This document shows positions 44,399 to 52,509 of a DNA stretch of 64,000 nucleotides, in pieces. The DNA comes from an uncultured Nitrososphaerota archaeon (GTDB lineage Archaea; Thermoproteota; Nitrososphaeria; Nitrososphaerales; Nitrosopumilaceae). The notes under the pieces were generated by a model, which did no database searches, had not been told where the DNA came from, and was given only the letters and a program-made list of their open reading frames with translations. The translations under genes and the position numbers were made by a program. Every line of letters starts with the position of its first letter. Within the stretch, counting starts at the first letter, position 1. Location of the stretch: NCBI GenBank assembly GCA_963824385.1, contig CAWGPD010000002.1, positions 224,001 through 288,000 on the forward strand, written 5' to 3'.

Positions 44399-47242
44399 TT
44401 GTATAATTCATCTACTCAATCCAGTCCACCTCCGCGAGATGCTGGAAAATATGTTAGAATAGGAATTGTAGCTCTGATTGCCATTGTAATTTTTGTCTTG
44501 ACAAGTAATCAGGCAGTAGTAATGTACATGAATTCACAAGAGTTTGGTACTCTATTTACAAAACCACTCTATTTCTCATTGCTTTCTGCAGTTGTATTGG
44601 CTTCTATTGCGTTGATACGAGTTAACATCAAAAACCGATCCTCAATTTCATGGTATGGTCTCAATCTTGCTCTGACATTTTTTAAGCAAGGAGGAAACTA
44701 CTCTGTAGCACAAAACATTCCTAACTTTAAGGAATACAAACTTAGTATTCCAAACTTTATAATTTGGCAGATAACAAAGGTCGTACTTTTCGGGGCTTTC
44801 TTTACAAATCTCATGTTTGGATTTACTCTGGCATATTTAATGGATGGCCACCACGATCTAGGCATCAAAAGTGTTTTGAATATATTCTCACTTCCATTTG
44901 TTACACCTCCTACTGATCCCTCATATGCTCTGACACACGTTGTACCAATGATTCCTGCACTAACAATTCTTGTTCCTCCAATTCTTGGAGTAATTGGTAT
45001 TAGACTTGTTCTCTATGTAGGATTACAAAATATTGTAGGACTAGTCACCAAATATATCCAAGATGCAGCAAAAAGCAAACCAAAGTTTCTAGACTATATT
45101 GCCACAATTGAAGCAATGATTGGAATCGGAGTCATATGGGCTGGAATAAACATGTTCTTTACAGATCAAATAGATTACAACACAAAATATGCAATTGGAG
45201 GTACACTGGTAGCAGGATTTACTTTAATTGGATTTTACTTTATTGACAAATTCAAATCCAAAGTAATCATACTTCCTTCAAAACGAGATGTCTACATTCG
45301 TGTACTGGCTCTAGTGATAATTGCCCTAGTTGCAGGTTCAATAATGATGGTTAACAATAGTATTGCTGATGCAAAAAAAATAGAATATCTAGGACCTTAC
45401 AAGGCAGAGCAAATTGGTGTAAATCGTTACTTGGGACAATTGGATCAGATAACTGTAATACCACAAGAAACAAAGCTTAGCTCTGTCTCGGCAAATGATA
45501 TTCCTAGTTACGTCTCACAGAATAGCGAGCTTTTGGATAAAATTAGAGTATGGGACTGGGATGCAGCATTTGCAAAACTAAAGCCTGAGATTGGTCTTAT
45601 TCCATATGTTGATTTTGAAAATAATGATATTCTAAGATTCAATGATACATTGTATTGGACAGCCTCAATGAAGCCCATACTACCATCCTCAGTTACCGTA
45701 GAAAATACATGGTACAATCAGCATCTTGTATACACACACGTTGACAATGGTTTTCTTACACTTGATGCCAATAATGGAACAATTGTTGATAGTAATGACT
45801 TTTTCAAGCAGAGAATGATGTATTATGGAGAAGGTGGACTGTTCTCAGATACTTGGGCTGCCTATCCACAAGATAGGACAACATCTGCCGAATTAAATAA
45901 CGCATCATATAGCGGAAGTGGAGGAATTACTGTTTATCCTCCTATAAGCCAAATATTTGAGCCAAACTTCTTCTTATCATATCCAACAGAGCCAATACAC
46001 ATTATCAGATATAGAGACGTACATGACAGGATGCAACTGTTATACCCGTATTTCCAGTACGATCTGTTTGGAAAACAATTAGACATTCTTCCAGTGACTG
46101 ATGGAAAAAACACATACTGGCTTGTACCATTAATTGTAGGTCTTGATACACAAAATGTTCCATGGTCAGTCAGTAATCCATATTTGAGATTGGTAGGATA
46201 TGCATTGGTTGATGTTTACAATGGCAAAATAACGCTGATAAAAACTGGTGATGACTTTTTCACAAATATGTTTACAAGTCAATATGGAGATCAATTCATA
46301 GACATGCCTCAATGGCTTTCTAAACAACTCAGATATCCAGAAGCACTCTTCAACTGGAAAATTGACATGTTCAACATTTATCATGTAACGGATACTTCAA
46401 CATTCATTCAGGCAAAAGATTTCTATGAAGTCCCTGATGGGCTTGGAACTTATTATGTGGAGGAAAAACCACCAGGATTTGATAAACCGACTTATGTTGG
46501 TCTACTCTCACTTGAGTTACAAGGATCCCAAGGACGAAACTTGGCAGGTTACATGATTGTACAAAATGACATTCCAAATCTTGGTAAAATGCAGTTCTAT
46601 CAAGTTCCACTGGATTCAAAGACAAAACTCTTGGGACCATCTGCAGTTCGTGAAGCATTATCAAGAGATTCAGACTTTGCACAATTGCAAACCTTACTTC
46701 GAACTCCTAGAATAGGTGATAATATTCTCTATAGGATAGGAAACCAAGATGTTTACTTTATTCCTGTTTATACGGCAGGTTCTGGTGGTGTGGTAACACA
46801 ACTCGGAACAATTGCAGCAGTGGGTGCTGCATTTGATGGTGAGTATTATGTTGGTTTAGGAAGTACGCCTCAACAAGCATTTGCTGCCTATCTTGCCAAG
46901 TCTGCAGGTATTGCACCATCTAATGTTACCATTGCATTACAGCTTGACGAGTCTACTAGGATATCTACAATAAAATCAATACTTGAGGATCAAAAGATTA
47001 GTGTTCTAACTCCCCAGACGATTCAATTTCCACTTACTTTTGAGGAAGGTAGTGTATCATTTACACAACAATCAGATCTAGATAATACCAAAGGTCTTAT
47101 CTCTACATTTGTGAAAAACTTTGTTCATCCAGAAAGCAACAGAGTATTGTTCTGGCAAGAGAATGGCACTGTCAATCTAGGTGCTATAGTAGTAGAAGAT
47201 AACGTACCGGAACTGCATTACATATCTATAGGTGTAAGATAA
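44399..47242 (+). CDS. UPF0182 family membrane protein
   Basis: N-terminal TM bundle; IRVWD, HLVYTH, YYGEG, VDVYNG and LRYPE motifs. Confidence 0.85.
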   Translation: MYNSSTQSSPPPRDAGKYVRIGIVALIAIVIFVLTSNQAVVMYMNSQEFGTLFTKPLYFSLLSAVVLASIALIRVNIKNRSSISWYGLNLALTFFKQGGNYSVAQNIPNFKEYKLSIPNFIIWQITKVVLFGAFFTNLMFGFTLAYLMDGHHDLGIKSVLNIFSLPFVTPPTDPSYALTHVVPMIPALTILVPPILGVIGIRLVLYVGLQNIVGLVTKYIQDAAKSKPKFLDYIATIEAMIGIGVIWAGINMFFTDQIDYNTKYAIGGTLVAGFTLIGFYFIDKFKSKVIILPSKRDVYIRVLALVIIALVAGSIMMVNNSIADAKKIEYLGPYKAEQIGVNRYLGQLDQITVIPQETKLSSVSANDIPSYVSQNSELLDKIRVWDWDAAFAKLKPEIGLIPYVDFENNDILRFNDTLYWTASMKPILPSSVTVENTWYNQHLVYTHVDNGFLTLDANNGTIVDSNDFFKQRMMYYGEGGLFSDTWAAYPQDRTTSAELNNASYSGSGGITVYPPISQIFEPNFFLSYPTEPIHIIRYRDVHDRMQLLYPYFQYDLFGKQLDILPVTDGKNTYWLVPLIVGLDTQNVPWSVSNPYLRLVGYALVDVYNGKITLIKTGDDFFTNMFTSQYGDQFIDMPQWLSKQLRYPEALFNWKIDMFNIYHVTDTSTFIQAKDFYEVPDGLGTYYVEEKPPGFDKPTYVGLLSLELQGSQGRNLAGYMIVQNDIPNLGKMQFYQVPLDSKTKLLGPSAVREALSRDSDFAQLQTLLRTPRIGDNILYRIGNQDVYFIPVYTAGSGGVVTQLGTIAAVGAAFDGEYYVGLGSTPQQAFAAYLAKSAGIAPSNVTIALQLDESTRISTIKSILEDQKISVLTPQTIQFPLTFEEGSVSFTQQSDLDNTKGLISTFVKNFVHPESNRVLFWQENGTVNLGAIVVEDNVPELHYISIGVR

Positions 47243-47243
47243 C

Positions 47244-47789
47244 TTGCTGCTAGTTGTAGACAATGGTTCTGTCTACACTCCGTCTCTTTTGAAATGTATC
47301 CAGGATCTAAACCTAGATTTTGAACCTCATGTATTTTCTAATGTATCATCACTTAATCTTGATAATTATTCATCTATAATATTATCAGGAAGACGAAAGA
47401 ATAATCCAGAAATGAATATTGTAAATTCAAAATTAGTAAAGCATTCGATAGAAGAAAACAAGCCATTGCTAGGTATATGTTATGGTGCAGAAATTCTTGC
47501 ACTTACTCTGGGAGGTACAATAAAAAAAATGATATCTTCACGTCATGGTTTATATGAAATTAATATTACACAAAATAATCCGCTCTGTAGCGGTAAAATA
47601 AAAGGATTTGAAAGTCATTCATACATGGTATCAAAACTTGATTCTTCTTTTACACAAATAGCTACATCTGATGATTGTAAATTTGAGATATTCAAGTATG
47701 ACAACAAAAATATTTTCGGAACGCAATTTCATCCCGAAATGAGTAGTGATGGAAAATCTCTATTGGAGAAATTTAGTCTCATTAAATAG
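47244..47789 (+). CDS. Class I glutamine amidotransferase (GMP synthase subunit A-like)
   Basis: VVDNGS, PLLGICYG and QFHPE triad motifs. Confidence 0.85.
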   Translation: MLLVVDNGSVYTPSLLKCIQDLNLDFEPHVFSNVSSLNLDNYSSIILSGRRKNNPEMNIVNSKLVKHSIEENKPLLGICYGAEILALTLGGTIKKMISSRHGLYEINITQNNPLCSGKIKGFESHSYMVSKLDSSFTQIATSDDCKFEIFKYDNKNIFGTQFHPEMSSDGKSLLEKFSLIK

Positions 47790-47817
47790 TATTAATATTG
47801 TATAATTGATTGATTAA

Positions 47818-48765
47818 TTGATGGATTCTACTCATACACTAGAGATACCGCTAGTACAAGAAGAAAACATTTGTCTGCCGCTAGTTGTTAGTGCAGTGTC
47901 AAAATACTGGGGAATAGACTTGCCGCTAAAAGAGGCTACAGAAATTGCAAAAAAATATCCTCGCATGAAAGGAAGTATTCTCATAGAAGGAGTTGAGCTT
48001 GCTGAACGACATGGCCTTTCAGTTATTATTTCAAACTCTAGTCTTAAAGAATTAAAAAAAATGATAGATATTGGAGTTCCACCAATTGTGATACTTCCGG
48101 GAATAAAGGATGTAGTACAACACGCATCACTTGTTGTTGGATATGATGAAATAGAAAAAACTATTTTTCATTATATACCAGAACCTGAAAAAATTGGAGC
48201 CATTCCTGAGAAAAGATTTGATGAACAATGGCAAGAAGATGACAGATTGATGCTCTTGATAGTCCCACATGATATTTTATCTGATGTAGATACATTTGAT
48301 GAAAAAAAGACTAGATCTAATAGACTATGTTTTGATGGAGAAAAGTTAAGACTTCAAGGAAAAACTGACGAAGCCATAACTATACTAAAAAAGGCTCTTG
48401 AGATAAACAAATCAAACTCAACTGCTATGTGTCTCTTGGCAGGAATACTAAATGATCAAAATTCTAGCCAGGCTCTTGATTACTATAAAAAAACTATTGA
48501 ATTAAATTCAAAATATTATCTGGCTTACCGAGGATTGGGAAATTATTACTTGAAAGCAAAAGACTTTGAAAATGCCGAGAAATATTATACCATGGCAATT
48601 GAGGTTGACTCGTCTAGGTTTGCGCCAATTTACAAGAATCGTGGATTGGCAAGATTTGAGCAGAAAAAATCAACTTCTGCCAAAGAAGATTTTAAAATGT
48701 ATATAAAACAAATGCCAGAAGCAACTGACAAAATTAGCATTGAGCAAGCCATCTCACAAATGTAA
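47818..48765 (+). CDS. Peptidase C39-like domain plus TPR repeats
   Basis: N-terminal Q--NIC and HASLVVGYD motifs; C-terminal TPR-like helices. Confidence 0.72.
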   Translation: MMDSTHTLEIPLVQEENICLPLVVSAVSKYWGIDLPLKEATEIAKKYPRMKGSILIEGVELAERHGLSVIISNSSLKELKKMIDIGVPPIVILPGIKDVVQHASLVVGYDEIEKTIFHYIPEPEKIGAIPEKRFDEQWQEDDRLMLLIVPHDILSDVDTFDEKKTRSNRLCFDGEKLRLQGKTDEAITILKKALEINKSNSTAMCLLAGILNDQNSSQALDYYKKTIELNSKYYLAYRGLGNYYLKAKDFENAEKYYTMAIEVDSSRFAPIYKNRGLARFEQKKSTSAKEDFKMYIKQMPEATDKISIEQAISQM

Positions 48766-48790
48766 CTAAGGTAAAAGATTTAACACTCTC

Positions 48791-49219
48791 TTGAGGAAAA
48801 AATCCATGGATTGTATTTTCTGCAAAATAGTGAGTGGAGATATTTCTACAAAAAAATTATACGAAACCCCTAATTCACTTGCCTTTTTGGATGCCTTTCC
48901 ACTTGCACGAGGTCACACGCTTGTGATCCCAAAAAACCATTACGCAAAGGTACAAGACATGAGTGAATCTGATAGTAAAGATCTTTTTGAAACAGTCAAG
49001 ACTCTAGCTGGAAAACTTGAATCAATTTATTTATCATCATTAATTGCAATTCATAACGGAAAGGAAAGTGGTCAAGAGATACCACATGTACATGTTCATA
49101 TTGTTCCCAGAAACTCTTCTGATGGTGCAGGACCGATTCATAGCATGTTTGTAAAACGACCAGCATTTGATGAAACTGAATTTGAAAAAATAAAAAAAAT
49201 TATTCAAAATAATAAATAA
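48791..49219 (+). CDS. HIT family hydrolase
   Basis: DCIFCKI, GHTLVIPK and GQEIPHVHVHIVPR (likely start is the ATG at 48806). Confidence 0.93.
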   Translation: MRKKSMDCIFCKIVSGDISTKKLYETPNSLAFLDAFPLARGHTLVIPKNHYAKVQDMSESDSKDLFETVKTLAGKLESIYLSSLIAIHNGKESGQEIPHVHVHIVPRNSSDGAGPIHSMFVKRPAFDETEFEKIKKIIQNNK

Positions 49220-49227
49220 AATCAGGG

Positions 49228-49300
49228 TGCGGAGTGCGGGAATTGAACCCGCGACCTTCAGTTGGGAAGCTGACGTCCTACCAGGCTGGACTAACTCCGC
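49228..49300 (-). tRNA. tRNA-Gly(CCC); anticodon stem one base short as sequenced
   Basis: Minus strand GCGGAGT TA GTCC AGCCTGGTA GGAC G TCAGC TTCCCAA CTGA AGGTC GCGGG TTCAATT CCCGC ACTCCGC A; acceptor, D and T arms all pair. Confidence 0.88.
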
Positions 49301-49337
49301 TGAATCGAGATCTGGTATCTAACATTATATAGTTTAG

Positions 49338-49526
49338 TTGACAAATTATATCATGGATGCAAAATGTCCAGAATGTGACAAAGTTGCAATACTTGATGAT
49401 GAGATAACAAATGTCAAATGTCCTCATTGTGGGTTTGAGGCAAAATATGATGATTATCTTAATTTAATGAAACAAAAGGTAGGCGAACTGGCAGAAAACT
49501 TTCAATTTGACAGACCTGGCTTTTAA
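49338..49526 (+). CDS. Small Zn-ribbon protein
   Basis: CPEC...CPHCG (likely start is the ATG at 49353). Confidence 0.75.
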   Translation: MTNYIMDAKCPECDKVAILDDEITNVKCPHCGFEAKYDDYLNLMKQKVGELAENFQFDRPGF

Positions 49527-49649
49527 TCACCAAAACGAGCCCTTGTCTGAACAGTCTAGATGTGCTCCACAGTTTGTACATATCATATGACATGCTTGCA
49601 TTGAAACCATTATCTTGTCACATCGTGGACACTTGATTGACTCGTTCAA
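49527..49649 (-). CDS. 40-aa Cys-rich Zn-finger microprotein, absent from the ORF track
   Basis: TTG start; MNESIKCPRCDKIMVSMQACHMICTNCGAHLDCSDKGSFW; stop abuts the neighbouring gene's stop. Confidence 0.72.
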   Translation of the reverse strand: MNESIKCPRCDKIMVSMQACHMICTNCGAHLDCSDKGSFW

Positions 49650-49728
49650 TAATCTAGCAAAGGTCTTTGCATTTTTAAAAGATTTAGGTACAAAGATTAA
49701 TTAATAGTTTAAAGATTTTTTTTACTAC

Positions 49729-50133
49729 TTGGCTACATTCAAACTGAATATATCTGACAAAAAAGGAAAATCTATCACCAAAGAGGTAAAGGAGAAGGAT
49801 GCTGGACCATTTTTGGGTCTACAAGTAGGTAGTGAATTAGACGCTGCAATAGTAGGCGAGTCTGGTAAATTGAAAATTACTGGAGGTAGTGACAAGTCAG
49901 GAGTTCCTCTCCGAGAAGATATTCACGGCGGCGCTAGAAAATACATTTTGTTATCAAAGGGAATAGGATTAAGAGATGCTGAAAAAGGACAAAGAGTTCG
50001 CAAGCTTGTTAGAGGAAATATTGTAACAGAAGAAGTTTATCAATTAAACTGCTTTTTTGACGGAGAACTTAAGGTAGAAGAAAAACCAGCTGAAGGACAA
50101 GAAAAAGAATCTGCAGAGAAAACTAAGGCATAG
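49729..50133 (+). CDS. rps6e: 30S ribosomal protein S6e
   Basis: KITGGSDKSG-P, G-R-RK-VRGN; upstream of aIF2-gamma, the conserved archaeal order. Confidence 0.93.
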   Translation: MATFKLNISDKKGKSITKEVKEKDAGPFLGLQVGSELDAAIVGESGKLKITGGSDKSGVPLREDIHGGARKYILLSKGIGLRDAEKGQRVRKLVRGNIVTEEVYQLNCFFDGELKVEEKPAEGQEKESAEKTKA

Positions 50134-50157
50134 GTTAACATATCTGCTTTTACTAGT

Positions 50158-51429
50158 TTGTACATGCACTGGAAAGAAACTCTTCCTGATTGGTATGTAA
50201 AAAAATATGGTTATCAACCATGTGTAAACATTGGAACTGCAGGTCATGTTGATCACGGCAAGACAACTCTTATCCAAGCTTTGACTGGTGTCTGGACTAG
50301 TGCACACAGTGAGGAATTAAAACGAGGAATTACTATTAGGGTTGGATATGCCGATGCGGCATTTTACAAATGTAAAAAATGTGAGGTTCCATTGTGTTAT
50401 TCGGTTACACCAAAGTGTAATAATTGTGGAAAAGAAAGTGAATTATCACGTGTTGTTAGTTTTGTAGATAGTCCTGGCCATGAAAGTTTGATGGCAAATA
50501 TGCTATCGGGGTCTGCTCTAATAGATGGCGCAATGCTTCTAGTAGCAGCTAATGAAAAGGTTCCCCAGCCACAAACTAAGGAACACTTGCTTGCTTTGCA
50601 GACACTTGGAATTAAACAAATTGTTATAGTTCAAAATAAAGTTGATTTGATATCATATGAACAGGCAATGGAAAATTATGCTGATATAGTAAAATTTGTC
50701 AAGGGAACTACGGCTGCAAAAGCTCCAATCATTCCAATTTCTGCCCAATCAAAATTAAACATTGATGCACTAATAGGCGCAATTGAAACTTCAATACCTA
50801 CTCCTGAGAGAGATGAGAAAAAGAATACTGTTATGCACGTACTACGATCATTTGATGTAAACAAACCTGGAACTAAAATTAAAGACATCAAGGGTGGTGT
50901 TATTGGAGGAAGTATTGTTCAAGGAACATTCCAAGTAGGAGATGAAATTGAGATAAAACCTGGTCTGGCTAATGAAAAAACAGGAAAGTATGAACCTATT
51001 TTTACAGAGATTGCATCTTTAGGAACTGGTGCAGGAATAGTAAAAGAGGTAAAATCTGGCGGCCTAATTGCAATAGCAACCAAGCTTGATCCAGCAATGA
51101 CTAGAAGTGATTCACTAATAGGTTCTGTAATTGGCAAACCAGGTACTCTACCAGAAAATTCTTACAGTACAAAAATTGAGGTAAATCTATTTGATACTGC
51201 AGTAGGTTCAGGTGAAGAGATCAAAGTTTCTCCAATAACTACAGGAGAATCTTTGAGATTAAGTTTAGGAACTGCTCCACTCTTATCCAAAGTTACTAGT
51301 GTAAGAGGCAAGACAGTGGAATTGCAATTCAAAAGACCGGTATGTATTTTTGACAATAGTAAGGTAGCAATAAGTAGAAGAATTGCTGAAAGATGGAGAT
51401 TAATTGGTGCTGGTGTAGCAAGTGGTTGA
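50158..51429 (+). CDS. eif2g: Translation initiation factor 2 gamma subunit
   Basis: GHVDHGKTT, EELKRGITI, DSPGHE, QNKVD and WRLIG (likely start is the ATG at 50164). Confidence 0.96.
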   Translation: MYMHWKETLPDWYVKKYGYQPCVNIGTAGHVDHGKTTLIQALTGVWTSAHSEELKRGITIRVGYADAAFYKCKKCEVPLCYSVTPKCNNCGKESELSRVVSFVDSPGHESLMANMLSGSALIDGAMLLVAANEKVPQPQTKEHLLALQTLGIKQIVIVQNKVDLISYEQAMENYADIVKFVKGTTAAKAPIIPISAQSKLNIDALIGAIETSIPTPERDEKKNTVMHVLRSFDVNKPGTKIKDIKGGVIGGSIVQGTFQVGDEIEIKPGLANEKTGKYEPIFTEIASLGTGAGIVKEVKSGGLIAIATKLDPAMTRSDSLIGSVIGKPGTLPENSYSTKIEVNLFDTAVGSGEEIKVSPITTGESLRLSLGTAPLLSKVTSVRGKTVELQFKRPVCIFDNSKVAISRRIAERWRLIGAGVASG

Positions 51430-51798
51430 AATTATCTGTGATTCTAGTTTTCTCATAGTACTTGCTTCAAGAAGAATAAAGAACATCTCTAGTATAGAAA
51501 CAGAAATTGGAGCAATAGAGTATGTTGTACCAGATATGGTAGTAAAAGAATTAGAAAGAATAACTATGGATGATAAAAAAAAAGTTCTGCTGAAAATGCT
51601 TTAAAAATTGTAAGAGACTTAAAAAAGATCAACATCTCAGGAAAATCTGTTGATGATGCACTAGTTTCTTTTGTGAAAGAACATGGGGGGATAATAGCTA
51701 CACTTGATGCTGAACTCAAAATGAGAATTAAGAAAAACGGTGGTTCAGTTCTTTCTGTCTCAAGCGATAAAATTGTTCTTGAACCAAGTAATCTTTAA
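51422..51798 (+). CDS. PIN-domain (Fcf1-like) protein; -1 frameshift in the A-run near 51580
   Basis: IICDSSF and V-KEL in the first part; after the A-run, VDDAL...IATLD-ELK-R to TAA at 51796-51798; conserved position after aIF2-gamma. Confidence 0.82.
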
Positions 51799-51822
51799 TT
51801 TTGGTAGAACATAATTCTAGTT

Positions 51823-52479
51823 ATGTTTGAGTATAAAGGAATCAAAATAAAATGGCTTGGTCATAACTCTTTTAGTATAGTTGGTAATATCAAAATCATA
51901 ACTGATCCGTACAAAATTACTTTCCAGGAAAAAGCAGACTTGATCTTGATTTCACACAATCATTTTGATCACCTAAGTGTTGATGATCTAAAGAATATTT
52001 CAACAGAGAAAACCTCTATTGTTGCTGCAAACGAATGCATTGATATGCTAAAAGGATTTGCCTTTAAAGAAAAGATTGGCATCTCTCCAGGTGAAGAAAA
52101 GACTGTAAAAGGAATTAAAATTAAAGCAATTAGGGCATATAATGTAGATAAAATAAATCCAGAAACCAAAAAACCATTCCATCCTAAAGAAGATGATAAA
52201 ATAGGTTTTCTAATAGATCTAAATGGTACTACCATATATCATACAGGAGATACTGACTTGATTCCAGAGATGTCTGATCTAAAGCCCGATATAGCATTGG
52301 TACCTGTAAGTGGAACATATGTTATGACTGCAAATGAAGCATCTAAAGCCGTAGAAAGAATAAAACCCAAGATCGTAATTCCGATGCATTTTGGAACAAT
52401 TGTTGGTAGTGAAAAAGATGCTCAGGATTTCAAACAATTGATAAAATCTTGCAAGGTTCAGATTCTTACAAAAGAGTAA
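51823..52479 (+). CDS. Metallo-beta-lactamase-fold hydrolase
   Basis: WLGH, SHNHFDH, YHTGDT and PMH motifs. Confidence 0.9.
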   Translation: MFEYKGIKIKWLGHNSFSIVGNIKIITDPYKITFQEKADLILISHNHFDHLSVDDLKNISTEKTSIVAANECIDMLKGFAFKEKIGISPGEEKTVKGIKIKAIRAYNVDKINPETKKPFHPKEDDKIGFLIDLNGTTIYHTGDTDLIPEMSDLKPDIALVPVSGTYVMTANEASKAVERIKPKIVIPMHFGTIVGSEKDAQDFKQLIKSCKVQILTKE

Positions 52480-52509
52480 TAAACCGAGTAAATTCCATCA
52501 AAAACTATC

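Noticed and set aside
49228..49300. Suppressor tRNA as the explanation for the many +1 frameshifts
   Set aside because: Most +1 sites are not at Gly GGG codons, and -1 lesions also occur.
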